DNA of 64,000 nucleotides from contig MU008169.1 of NCBI GenBank assembly GCA_010909165.1, positions 2,046,001-2,110,000 of the forward strand. The letters are read 5' to 3'. Position numbers and translations under genes: made by a program. This DNA is from Anthoceros angustus. Its lineage: Eukaryota > Plantae > Anthocerotophyta. Position 1 is the first letter of the stretch. Every line of letters begins with the position of its first letter. The notes under the pieces are model-generated. The model was given only the letters and a program-made list of their open reading frames with translations. It was not told the DNA's origin and did not search any database. Below are positions 1 through 10,725 of the stretch, one piece after another.

Positions 1-17
1 TACTGTGACATTTCTAT

Positions 18-330
18 GCTCAAATTGAAGAACGCGGACATCAAGCTGTTATGGTGGTAGCCAACAATTTGGTGAACATGTATACAAAGTGCGGCAGATT
101 GAAGGCTGCTCAGATACTGTTCGATCGACTTAGTAAAAAAACTGTGACGGGGAATCCTATGATAGCAGGGTACTCCCTGCAAGGCATGTCGAGTGTGGGT
201 GCTGGGGTGCATTGGAGAAGGGGAAAGCGGCTCCATGCAAAAATCAAAGAAGGACGACATGAATCTGACGTGCTTGTAGCCAAGAGTTTGGTGAACATGT
301 ATGCTGCCAATGTGCCTCAGCTTGGAGGAT
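18..330 (+). pseudogene. Degenerate PLS-class pentatricopeptide repeat (PPR) fragment
   Basis: ORF 51..362 reads VANNLVNMYTKCGRLKAAQILFD and GKRLHAKIKEGRHESDVLVAKSLVNMYA. These are typical PPR motifs, but the repeats are fused or incomplete and no full gene is present. Confidence 0.8.
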
Positions 331-1599
331 CCTCCGAGACTTATTTGATAGTCTTGTGGTGAAAGATTTGGTGGCGTGGAATGCCGTGGAGTGTTATCCA
401 GGCAGCTCCTGCCTCCGAGTTCCCAGCAGGGGACATGGGGCAGGAAGCCTGTCTTCCCTAAAGTGCCCAATCAAGACGAAGGAGAGATTAATGGATGTTT
501 TATTTTTAGCGGCACTGCACATGGAACTTTATTAAGGAAAATAACCAGTAATCACATAAGTCCCCTGGTGAGGGGCAACGGGCGGAAACGGTACCAGAGG
601 CTCCCAACAGCGGCCAACACGCCCAACCCTCAGCACCCTGAACACGGGTGTAGACAACAGGCAGGAGAGGAACAACGACAACTACGCAACTAGCCAAGAC
701 CCAATAGCGGCAAAGATCTCCGGAACCGGGGCCTTAACCCATTCCTCCTCCTCGGACGAAAGCAAGGTGTGCTGGAGAAGAGTCTTGACCCTAGCAACTT
801 GAGAAGGTGCCAAAGATCCCTGATTGACACAGATTAGCATCAACGTGCCCACGACAAGCTCAACACTAAGGCCTACTGGTAGGAGAAGCACCATGGATAA
901 ATGCCCGGGATAAATGCATCAACATAGAGTATGTAGCATCAACGTTTCAGTGACAGGTTCTAAGTGCTCCGCAAGGATGGCGGCCCGTTTCTAGCGTACA
1001 TGGACTGGCACAGTTCACAGTAGGCATCTACAGGCAGACACTTTCAACCTGAGTAGGAAAGGCCAACGGGGACCTTCACAGTCCAGTCCCGGCAGGATGG
1101 TTAAAAGCCCAAGCCCAGAATGCCAAATAAACTGAGACTCACAAGTTACCTCGCGCAGGCAAGTTCGTGGCCCATCCAACAGATCAACGCACAAGCCCAT
1201 GTTCTCCCAGAGCGGCAACGGCAGCCGTCCGAAACATAATTCACATGCTGATCAGGCTTCACAGCAGCTGGCCTCATGTCCGAACACAGCTCAAACTCAC
1301 GGAAAACGCGTCAGTGCACCTCGATCACAGGCTCAGTTTGCCAGGGGAATATAGGAGCATTGCAACGTGACGATCTCATGACCAACCTGCACCAGCAGCA
1401 ATTTACCTGTGGTCGCGCAATCACCCAGGCGCACTTTTAGCAGACCAGCTGTCGGCCACAGCAGCATAGTCGAGCAACAGACAATCAGTATTAATCCATC
1501 GATGGCTTCTTTCAAACAGGTCTAGCAAACCCATCATACTCTTCAAAAGTGTCATTTGCCACCGCAAGCAGCCAGTGGCAGGAATCCGCACCCGACACA

Positions 1600-2110
1600 A
1601 CATATATGTGGAAGGATTTTTTGTGCGATGCCTACAAACATATCTGCTTCAAGACCTCGTTGTTCAATAGCAGTGTGAGGCTCCGTCCCCTTGTCGAATG
1701 CCTGTGTGCCCCCAGTTGCAGATGTCAAACTGTTGGATACAAATCGACCAGCTTCATGTCCTTGTTCTGTAGTCGGGGCATAACTCTGAGCATCCTCCAA
1801 GCTGAGACACATGTTCACCAAACTGTTGCCATACAAGCACGTCAGATTCATGTCCCGGGTTGTTTGACTTTCCCACGAAGCTGCTTTCCCTTCTCCAATG
1901 CCCAGCACCCACACTTTCACATGCCATGCTGTGAGTACGGTACTATCATGGCATTTCCCGTCACCATAGTTTTCTGAACAAGTCCATCACAGAGTATCTG
2001 AGCAGCCTTCAAACTGTCGCACTTTGTATGCGTGTTCACCAAACTATGCCTATCATTGCCTCATCTTGATGTCCTCATTCTTCAATTTGAGCAAGAAGCT
2101 GCTTCCAAAT
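1600..2110 (-). pseudogene. Degenerate PPR fragment, inverted relative to 18-330
   Basis: The reverse complement of 2011-2100 (GCTCAAATTGAAGAATGAGGACATCAAG...TTTGGTGAACACGCATACAAAGTGCGACAGTTTGAAGGCTGCTCAGATACT) matches + strand 18-120. ORF 1552..1920 retains GNSLVNM..SLEDAQ and AIEQRGLEADMFVG. It is frameshifted. Confidence 0.75.
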
Positions 2111-2254
2111 TCCGGAATAGCAACCGGAATTCCCCTGCTGTATCACTGGGGCACCCATACTCGCACGTGCCTGAAACCAGAATAAAATAAAAGGCACTTT
2201 CTCACATTCTGCTGAGCCCCAAGCTTACAGACATTAAGCTGCATTTGCAGCATT

Positions 2255-5200
2255 TGAGTCATCAAGCTTCCCCGCTGCAGTTTCTTGCTTCAAGACAATA
2301 CCAACCTCCAGGATGCCAAGGTCATCTTCAGCCACCTCCACGATGCCTAACTCCAGTTCTGTCCGGAGATGGCCAGTCCCAGGTTTGTCACCTCAACGAT
2401 GCCCAGCTCAGGCTGCAAGCCTGATATTAGCCTGGCTTGACCCGACGGGCTCTACGATCCCATCCTTCTGCTTTTCAACATCCCGAGTCTGGAGCTCATG
2501 AGTTGTGGTGTCAGCAGTTCCTTGTGGAACCTCCAGACCGCTACCATCCTTGGCTGGGCCCTTGCCGCTTCCCACCTTCTCAGGCCGCAGTGGTGGAAAC
2601 TCCAAAAAGGAACTGCTAATATCATCAGTGTCTGGTACCTCCAAAATACCACGTTCCTCTTCTACCCCACCGTCAATGCGTACATTGTGACCATTGCCGT
2701 GTTTACTCTCGGCACCATCTCCTCCATCCTCCCTTCCACCAAAAGCATTCACAGCTGCTCCGTTGTCTGCATCCGAAACCCTAGCCTTCAAAAGGCCAGC
2801 ATCGCCCTGCTCTGCCTTTTTCTTCCTGGCCTCCCTTGCTTCCACTTGGAGGGCCAAAAACTTATCCTTAGCCACCTTCACATCCTCTAGGCTCTTGGTA
2901 ACATCCCCAATAGTCGAAGGAGGCGACAACTTGATTTTGGCAAACGAGGACAATGCGTCTACCGACAGTGTGATCCTCTCCTTGTCCTTGTTCCTGAGAG
3001 GGGCTGGCGCTCGTATCTTCTTCCCCTTTCCTTTGCCTCCTCCACAGCCTGCGAACCATCCATCTAAGTCGCCATCACTCTTCTTGGAGGACACCACCAT
3101 CCCTTTAGGTGCAAAACTCTCAGCTTGAAAAGCTGCCCACGTCGAGGGACTCTCCCCTGCAACCGGTGTAACATACTTTTGTAAGCATGAGGAAAGCTGA
3201 TCACAAAGCATAAGCTCGTCGGTGAAAGGCTCCACGAAGTTTTCCAACTCCTCCAGTTCCCTGAAGGCCTCCCTTTCCTTCTCTCCAGCCTCACGCTTTT
3301 CCTTCTTTTCAGCCTCACGCTTTGCGTAATCCGTCTTCCTGTTAGCAAACTGCTGATCTTTGGACTCCCTATCCCGCTGCCAGCACTCACCTTCTTTCAC
3401 CCTGTGCTCGTGCCTGAGCTCCCAAGTTTCTTTCTTAAGGTCCTTTATCGTCTTACAGGCACTCTCTTTCTCTCCCTGCAGGGCATCACATTCAGCGACC
3501 TCAGCAGTCTCTTTTTGCTTGATTTCCGTCAGGACCTTCTTCTCAAGCTCCTCGGGGACAACCTGTGGAGCAGCCACCTCGGGGACAAACTCTTCGGCAA
3601 CCACATCGGGGACAAACTGTGGAGCAGCCACCTCGGGGACAAACTCTGCGGCAGCCACCTCGGGGACGAACTCTTCGGCAACCACCTCGGGGACAAACTC
3701 TTCGGAAGCCACCTCGGGGACGAACTCTTCGGCAACCACCTCGGGGACAAACTCTTCGGCAGCCACCTCGGGGACAGACTCTGCGGCAGCCACCTGGGGG
3801 ACAGACTCTGCGGCAACCACCTCGGGGACAAACTCTGCGACAGCCACCTCGGGGACAAACTCTGCACCAACCTCGTCGGGGACAGACTCTGAGCCAGCCG
3901 CCTCGGGGACAGACTCTGCGGCAACCACCTCGGGGACAAACTCTGCGACAGCCTCCTCGGGGACAGACTCTGTGCCAAGTACCTCGGGGGCAGACTCTGC
4001 AGCAACCAACTCGGGGGCAGACTCTGCGCCAACCAACTCGGGGACAGACTCTGCGACAACCAACTCGGGGACAGACTCTGCTGCAGCCACCTCGGGGGCA
4101 GACTCTGCGGCAACCACCTCGGGGACAGACTCTGCGACAGCCACCTCGGGGGCAGACTCTGCGGCAACCCACTCGGGGGCAAACTCTGCAGCAACCACCT
4201 CGGGGGCAGACTCTGCAGCAACCACCTCGGGGGCAAACTCTGCAGCAGCCACCTCGGGGACAGACTCTGCGGCAACGGGAGGGGTATGTGCTTCTCCAGC
4301 CTCTACATCGTCCAACTTTGAGTTATCAAGCTTCACCGCGGCAATTTCCTGCTTCAAGACAATACCAACCTCCAGGATGCCAAGGTCATCTTTAGCCACC
4401 TCCACGATGCCTGACTCCAGTTCTGTGATGCTCCGTTCCGGTTCGGAGATGGCCAGTCCCAGGTTTGTCACCTCAACGATGCCCAGCTCGGGCTCTGCAA
4501 GCTTAACATTAGCCTGGCTTGACCCGACGGGCTCTAGAATCCCATCCTTCTGCTTTTCAACATCCCTTGTCTGGAGCTCATGAGTTGTGGTGGGAGCAGT
4601 TCCTTGTGGAACCTCCAGACCGCTACCATCCTTGGCTGGGCCCTTGCCGTTTCCCACCTTCTCAGGCCGCAGTGGTGGAAACTCCAAAAAGGAACTGCTA
4701 ATATCATCAGTGTCTGGTACCTCCAAAATACCACGTTCCTCTTCTACCCCACCGTCGATGCGTACATTGTGACCATTGCCGTCTTTACTCTCGGCACCAT
4801 CTCCTCCATCCTCCCTTCCACCAAAAGCATTCACAGCTGCTCCGTTGTCTGCATCCGAAACCCTAGCCTTCAAAAGACCAGCATCGCCCTGCTCTGCCTT
4901 TTTCTTCCTGGCCTCCCTTGCTTCCACTTGGAGGGCCAAAAACCTATCCTTAGCCACCTTCACATCCTCTAGGCTCTTGGTAACATCCCCAATAGTCGAA
5001 GGAGGCGATAATTTGATTTTGGCAAACGAGGACAATGCGTCTACCGACAGTGTGATCCTCTCCTTGTCCTTGTTCCTGAGAGGGGCTGGCGCTCGTATCT
5101 TCTTCCCCTTTCCTTTGCCTCCTCCACAGCCTGCGAACCATCCATCTAGGTCGCCATCACTCTTCTTGGAGGACACCACCATCCCTTTAGGTGCAAAACT

Positions 5201-5600
5201 CTCAGCTTGAAAAGCTGCCCACGTCGAGGGACTCTCCCCTGCAACCGGTGTAACATACTTTTGTAAGCATGAGGAAAGCTGATCACAAAGGATAAGCTCG
5301 TCGGTGAAAGGCTCCACGAAGTTTTCGAGCTCCTTCTGTTTCCTGAAGGCCTCCCTTTCCTTCCTTTCTGCCTCACGCTTTTCGTAATTCCTCTTCCTGT
5401 CAGCAAACTGCTGGTCTTTGAACTCCCTCTCCCGCTGCCAGTACTCGCCTTCTTTCACCCTGTGCTCATGCCTGAGCTCCCAAATTTCTTTCTCAAGGTC
5501 CTCTATCTTCTTATAGGCACTCTCTTTCTCTTCCTGCAGGGCATCAAATTCAGCAACCTCAGCAGCCTCTTTCTGCTTGATTTCCGTCAGGATCTTCGTC
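2255..5600. repeat. Direct duplication of ~1.29 kb (2255-3545 and ~4310-5600; offset ~2082 bp) inside the BFR1-like gene
   Basis: Near-identical blocks, e.g. CAGCTTGAAAAGCTGCCCACG at 3121 and 5203. The protein repeats LTEIKQKE...SQAN twice. Confidence 0.95.
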
Positions 5601-6259
5601 TGAAGCTCCTGCTTCTCCTTCACCGCATTCAACAACTCGTTGAACGAGTTGATCTTCTCGAGATACGCTGGTCGAGAGCCTTCGTCCTCGTTTCTGTCTT
5701 CCAGCAGCTCATTATACCGGTTGACAGACACCCTCATCTTGGTCAGCTCCTGGATCTCCTGAATGAGCGTCTTCTCTTCGGACAGGATCAAGGAGGCGTG
5801 AGACATCCTGTACTCCAACATCTTGATCTCCTCATCTATCTGGTCCAACTTCAAAAACTGCAGCTTGTCCCGCACGGCTCGTGCCTCTCGGTTCATCTCC
5901 TCCCTGGTATAATTAGCCAGCTCCAATTGATCCCGGACAGCTTTCTTCTGGTCCACCAGAGTCCGGAACTCGTTGTTCAATGCGGCCTGCCGGCTGCGAG
6001 CTTCCGCAACCTTCTGGCTGATTGCCTCGAAGTTCTCGACCTTGCTCTGCCAGACCTTTTTTATCTCAGTAATCCTCGCTTGCAACGCCGCAACTGCCGC
6101 CTTTTTCTTCTCCACTTCCTGCTCCAGCGCCGCCTTGTCAGGACGTTCGAGCCTCTTGACTCGCTGCGTGCCGTTCTTCACCACCTTCACTCCAGCGCCC
6201 GAATCTGGAGCTTCCGCGGCCGCTGCCACCACCACCGACGCTTCCCTACGTCCCACCAT
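2408..6259 (-). CDS. Intronless 1283-aa coiled-coil protein, BFR1 / plant proton-pump-interactor (PPI)-like, with duplicated C-terminal module and acidic 9-aa repeat
   Basis: One long ORF with first ATG at 6259. IDEEIKMLEYRMSHASLILSEEKTLIQEIQEL resembles the recalled PPI/Bfr1 core. EPFTDELILCDQL and ITLSVDALSSFAKIKLSPPSTIGDVTKSLEDVK resemble the Bfr1-type C-terminus. Confidence 0.7.
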   Translation of the reverse strand: MVGRREASVVVAAAAEAPDSGAGVKVVKNGTQRVKRLERPDKAALEQEVEKKKAAVAALQARITEIKKVWQSKVENFEAISQKVAEARSRQAALNNEFRTLVDQKKAVRDQLELANYTREEMNREARAVRDKLQFLKLDQIDEEIKMLEYRMSHASLILSEEKTLIQEIQELTKMRVSVNRYNELLEDRNEDEGSRPAYLEKINSFNELLNAVKEKQELQTKILTEIKQKEAAEVAEFDALQEEKESAYKKIEDLEKEIWELRHEHRVKEGEYWQREREFKDQQFADRKRNYEKREAERKEREAFRKQKELENFVEPFTDELILCDQLSSCLQKYVTPVAGESPSTWAAFQAESFAPKGMVVSSKKSDGDLDGWFAGCGGGKGKGKKIRAPAPLRNKDKERITLSVDALSSFAKIKLSPPSTIGDVTKSLEDVKVAKDRFLALQVEAREARKKKAEQGDAGLLKARVSDADNGAAVNAFGGREDGGDGAESKDGNGHNVRIDGGVEEERGILEVPDTDDISSSFLEFPPLRPEKVGNGKGPAKDGSGLEVPQGTAPTTTHELQTRDVEKQKDGILEPVGSSQANVKLAEPELGIVEVTNLGLAISEPERSITELESGIVEVAKDDLGILEVGIVLKQEIAAVKLDNSKLDDVEAGEAHTPPVAAESVPEVAAAEFAPEVVAAESAPEVVAAEFAPEWVAAESAPEVAVAESVPEVVAAESAPEVAAAESVPELVVAESVPELVGAESAPELVAAESAPEVLGTESVPEEAVAEFVPEVVAAESVPEAAGSESVPDEVGAEFVPEVAVAEFVPEVVAAESVPQVAAAESVPEVAAEEFVPEVVAEEFVPEVASEEFVPEVVAEEFVPEVAAAEFVPEVAAPQFVPDVVAEEFVPEVAAPQVVPEELEKKVLTEIKQKETAEVAECDALQGEKESACKTIKDLKKETWELRHEHRVKEGECWQRDRESKDQQFANRKTDYAKREAEKKEKREAGEKEREAFRELEELENFVEPFTDELMLCDQLSSCLQKYVTPVAGESPSTWAAFQAESFAPKGMVVSSKKSDGDLDGWFAGCGGGKGKGKKIRAPAPLRNKDKERITLSVDALSSFAKIKLSPPSTIGDVTKSLEDVKVAKDKFLALQVEAREARKKKAEQGDAGLLKARVSDADNGAAVNAFGGREDGGDGAESKHGNGHNVRIDGGVEEERGILEVPDTDDISSSFLEFPPLRPEKVGSGKGPAKDGSGLEVPQGTADTTTHELQTRDVEKQKDGIVEPVGSSQANIRLAA
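3553..4281. repeat. Coding minisatellite, 27 units of 27 bp (protein consensus EV[A/V]A[A/E]E[S/F]VP)
   Basis: ACCTCGGGG[A/G]CA[G/A]ACTCTGC units counted in the 1286-aa ORF translation. Confidence 0.97.
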
Positions 6260-6408
6260 ATTGACCACGGATGCCGCACCTCACACACGCTGAGGTCTGG
6301 CAATCCTGCACCTCCTACTCACAATCCCGCTGGTCCTCCTAGCAAAAACTAACAAGCTTCGAAGCTCCTACACCTGTGACATAACCTAGCACCAGAACAT
6401 GTGCATAG

Positions 6409-6510
6409 GAATTCTGCACCTCCGCACCGGAATTCTGGACCTCCGCTCCGGAATTCTGCACCTCCTCACTGGAATTCTGCACCTCCGCACCGGAATTCTG
6501 CACCTCTGAC
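6409..6510. repeat. 21-bp tandem repeat x5 (GGAATTCTGCACCTCCGCACC)
   Basis: Read directly from the sequence. It lies ~150 bp upstream of the BFR1-like start codon. Confidence 0.92.
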
Positions 6511-6944
6511 TCCGATCTCCGCCCGATGCTACCTCTGCAGCTCAGAGAAGGCTCCGCCAAGCGCTCCGGATCCCGGAGCTGGTTTCCGAGTCCTCGCAAT
6601 CGGTAGTGCCACAATCCACCGGAGCAGGTCGCTCAGAGAGCACCGAGGAGCAGAGAGCAAATCCGTGCACAAGTGAAACACGGACAACAGCGCTGACAAA
6701 TATATTTTTTCTGTACCTCCAGTGCGGACAAATATAGGCTCTACGACCCTATACAATCGTCTTTACGAGCTCGATGTCTCGGTACTTATGGGCTCCTCGC
6801 TACCTATTTAAGTATCTAGCTATGTTTTAGGTACCAAGTATCTTCACAAAGCTTTTGGAAAATACTTTTTTAAATAATATATAATTATCGTAATATTAAA
6901 ATTTTATGGTTTAAAACCAGGCAAACGTTTTGGAGGTACTACGA

Positions 6945-7255
6945 TTTGTGGTATCGTCTAGTGCAAAATTGAAGATGGTTTCTATTAGAAAAGAAGTTAT
7001 TATTTATCTCTGAAGAGAGAGAGATATATATTTAATATAAATTAATAAGATCTACGAGATCTAGACAAAATATGATAAATTAGCTATGTATGTACTCAAG
7101 TTTTATATACAATAGGTCAAGAGGTCAAAAGCTACTACATCATATGACGCAAATTTAAGGCCAACTTTGTTACTAGACTTTTTGAACAATGATGATTTAA
7201 GATCTCTAACAACAACTTAGATTGCTTGCGTATTACAAAGTAGTCATTTTAAAGG
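6945..7255. repeat. AT-rich dispersed repeat, copy A (diverged direct copy at ~8760-9055)
   Basis: Shared blocks in the same order: CAAAATTGAAGAT, ATCTACGAGA, GGTCAAAAGCTA, CAAATTTAAGGCC.ACTTTGTTACTAGA, TAGATTGCTTG. Confidence 0.8.
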
Positions 7256-7371
7256 GGTGTTAATTCAATGCAATAAAAGTGGTCTCACTTGCACAACTCC
7301 CCAAGCGGAGTCAAATGTACCCTAACTCAGGCCAAAAATGGACACACCTTCTACACCTTCTAAGAAGATCA

Positions 7372-7460
7372 ATGCTACGCATCCTGTGCTTAGATGGGTG
7401 CCTATGTTGAGAGCTTAGATGCTACGCATCCTGTGCTTAGATGGGTGCCGATGTTGAGAG
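7372..7460. repeat. 47-bp tandem dimer (ATGCTACGCATCCTGTGCTTAGATGGGTGCC.ATGTTGAGAG)
   Basis: Copies start at 7372 and 7419. Confidence 0.9.
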
Positions 7461-7789
7461 TTTGCCTGAAAGGGGGAAGGTGCCCAAAAGGGGGTGTCTA
7501 AAGGGAGGGGTTGTCATTTAGTGCAAGTCGTTTCAGCACACCATTGTGCAAGTTGCTTTAAATTGCATGCGCTTAGATTGATACCTAGATGGGGTGCCTA
7601 TGGTGCAAGTAGCTTGGGCACATCATGATGCTAGTAGTTGTTAAGCATGTTGCGCTTAGAGCGGCCCTGGATGGAGGTAGATAAAGGTAGATCTTTTGGG
7701 TACATCTATGCTTCTCAACTTCTCCCTACATATTTGGGTAGTTTTTAGTGAATTTGATAGGGTATTTACATACCATGTAATTAAGAGGA

Positions 7790-8540
7790 CCCTAAAGGAC
7801 CTTACATGAAAGATCATATATCCTGGCCTTGAAGGGTTTTAAAACCTTACAAGAGCAACCTTTTTTTGCGGGCGAGACAAAAAAGATCATATTTCGGGCA
7901 ACTCCAAAGGCCTTCAAAATCTTACACAACAACCCTTTTTGTGCGCGAGATAGTAGAGATCATATGTGAGGCTACCTCGAAGGACTTAAGAACAAAGACA
8001 GGTCACCAAGGGCCAGAGTAATCGGGAGTGAAAGGTACCCCATGCAAATAATTATCCATCCAGAGGCGGCTCCAAAGGCTTTCAAAACCTTACACATCAA
8101 CCGTTTTTGTGAATGAGATAGTAGAGATCATATGTAAGGCATCGCGGAAGGACTTAAGAACAAAGAGAAGTCACCAAGGGCTAGAGTAATCGGGAGTGAA
8201 AGGTACTCCATCCCAATAATGATCCGTCCAGAGGCAGCTCCAAAGGCTTTCAAAACCTTGCACAACACCTCTTTTTGTGAACAAGATAGCAGAGATCATA
8301 TGTCAGGCATCCCCGAAGGACTTTCAATTAAAGACAGGTCACCAATGGCCAGAGTAATCAGGAATGAAAGGTACCCCATTCCAAAAGTGATCCGTCCAGA
8401 GTGTTGCTTAACTAAAGTGATCAGGGTCAGAGGTATCCCATCCCGATAGTGATCTATCCAGAGGGTTGCTTAACCAAAGTAATTGAAGGTAAAAGGTACC
8501 TCATCCCAATAATGTTCTGTCCAGGGGTTGCTCAACCACA
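7790..8540. repeat. ~169-bp tandem repeat (3 copies plus degenerate 5' units and ~58-bp 3' sub-units), TE-internal-like
   Basis: CCAAAGGC.TTCAAAA.CTT.CAC starts near 7904, 8072 and 8241. Shorter GTGATC..TCCAGAG..TTGCTTAAC units follow to ~8540. Confidence 0.85.
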
Positions 8541-8759
8541 AAGTTCCCATGAATTCTTGCCTATTGTTCAAAGGGAGGACATTTTTGGGTAGTATATTTC
8601 TACGGTGAAGTTAGCAAGAAATTCTGCTTGTAATAAATACTAATTTAAAATATTCAATAATATAGTGATATCAATATCAAAGGTTTATAAATGCATTCTA
8701 AGACCAACCCTAACTTTTTGGAAACAATACGAGAAACCAAAATTAACCATTCCTCGATT

Positions 8760-9055
8760 TGTCCATGTTACTTTACTCAAAATTGAAGATAGTCTGTAAA
8801 AAGTACAAACTTTGAAAGATAAATTATCTATCTTTTTAGAGATAGAGATATGTAATATAAATTAGTAGCATCTACGAGACCTAAACAAAAGTAAATAAGA
8901 TAAAACTTGCTTTGTACTCGAGTTTTACATGTAAAAGGTCAAAAGCTATTACATTAAACGCCACAAATTTAAGGCCGACTTTGTTACTAGAGTCGTGAAC
9001 ATGACAAACAACAAAGTAGATTGCTTGTGTATCTCCATAGTAGTTATTTTAAAGA
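8760..9055. repeat. AT-rich dispersed repeat, copy B
   Basis: See copy A at 6945-7255. Confidence 0.8.
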
Positions 9056-9171
9056 ATGCACCTTAATAAGAACGTTGCTTTTGTGTACCATGTTCTTTTA
9101 TGTACCTTGTTCTTGTTGCATACCAAAATACAAAGGTCTTCACAAAGCTAGATCACAAAGGCCCAAGAACA

Positions 9172-9350
9172 ATAGGGAATAGGCCGACACTCCATCTTCG
9201 AAGAGGGTCAAGCAAAATAGGGGATAGGCGATCCTCCATCTTCGAAGAGGGTCAAGCAAAATAGGGGATAGGCGATCCTCCATCCTAGAAGAGGGCCAAG
9301 AACAAGAGGGGATAAGCGACATCCGATCCTCCTCCTGGTAGAGGGCCAAG
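9172..9350. repeat. ~44-bp tandem repeat x4 (ATAGGGGATAGGCGATCCTCCATCTTCGAAGAGGGTCAAGCAAA)
   Basis: Read directly from the sequence. Confidence 0.9.
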
Positions 9351-9696
9351 AATAATTCAAAACCAATGCATACCATTTGGGTAGTGATTCACAAAGGTCT
9401 TACAAACTCGTGCACAGGCATTCATCATGGGAGCATATTTATGTTGTTATGATAGATCAGAACTTAGAATATATAAAATACATACTATATTTTATCATAT
9501 TTCCTACTTATAAGTATTATATATAAAATTATTTAAATAAATTGTATAAATTATTCAGATTATATAGATATAAAATATTATATATGATCGAAATAAAATT
9601 CTTAATTCTCGAGACTACATCACACCTAAGGCTATATATGGAGTGTTATGGGATCCAATAGTAGTGAATAAGATGGTGTAGGATACTTTTGCAACC

Positions 9697-9788
9697 AGCT
9701 TGTGTTTAGATGTAGGTAGCTTGTGTTTATATGTAGTATACTCCTCAGCTTGTGTTTATACGTAGTATACTCCTCAGCTTGTGTTTAG
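9697..9788. repeat. ~29-bp tandem repeat (AGCTTGTGTTTATA.GTAGTATACTCCTC)
   Basis: AGCTTGTGTTT at 9697, 9718, 9747 and 9776. Confidence 0.88.
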
Positions 9789-10725
9789 TGAGGGCGGAGG
9801 TTGCAACTATGAATGATCAGCCACGCATAACCCAGGTGCGGCTATCTAAAGGCTTGATGTGTTGTTTGAGCTTTGCTTCGTGATTGATGAAGAAGGAGCT
9901 TTGCTTGCATCAATGATCAAGGTGTGTGCACTGCTGGTAGCAGATGCAGGTTAGCGCTCGAGAGTTACCAAGTACTTGTCCAGTGAGGAGATGAAACGAG
10001 GAATGATCGACGCGAGAGTACGTGCACGTGGCTCCGCGCCCATCTCATTCCTGTTGTGTGTGCCATTTCATTGTCGACGTCGTGAGTAGATGATTCAGAT
10101 TGCACAAGCTTGTGGCCTTCAGTTTTCTGTGTCACCTGCAATGTGCAAGTCGCTGGTGCTGGATTGCCATGGATACAGGCTGTCGAACTCCACCTGGTGG
10201 AGATGTTGAGGTTGTTTCTGCAGTCCACGACAGACGTCTAACTATTCACATGGGTAGCATGTATGACTACCTTCTTTGCAATGGTCCTGTGCCAGTGGTC
10301 TGCATTGCAGATGGTTTCTTTGTGTTGATATCTCAAACCTGTCGTATCAGCGGTATGAAAGAAACCATCTCCAATGCGGACCACAGCCACAAGATCCTTG
10401 CATCGAAGGTAGTCACAGAATACCACCCATTCCAATAGGCGGCGGATGTCGTTGGGATGCAGGAGGTGTCTCACCATCTGCGCGTGATGGAGCTCAGCAG
10501 TTATCCATGCAGTGCAATCCACCACCGGCGTCCTGCACATTGCGTGTGGCATACCAGATTGTAAGGTCAGAACTGGCCGGGCAACACAGGCTTCTGCAAT
10601 CTGAATTGCTCGAATCGTTTGACAATCCGATGGCACTTACAGCTGGATTGAGATGGGCCCGGACTACGGAGCCACGTACCCTCGTGATGATTCCTCGTTT
10701 CAGATCATCAGTGGCAAGTGCTTCT

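Noticed and set aside
3360-4583. Five long ORFs over the 27-bp repeat, including a Cys/Arg-rich (RGGCRRVCP)n and a Ser/Thr mucin-like frame
   Set aside because: They are shadow frames of a stop-free minisatellite. Only the EVAAAESVP frame is continuous with a recognisable protein on both sides.
10100-10700. Possible gene fragment (NGPVPVVCIADGFF...EYHPFQ*AADVVGMQEV, faintly like an EEP nuclease motif)
   Set aside because: One short motif after a stop codon with no supporting motifs or exon structure. It cannot be assigned.
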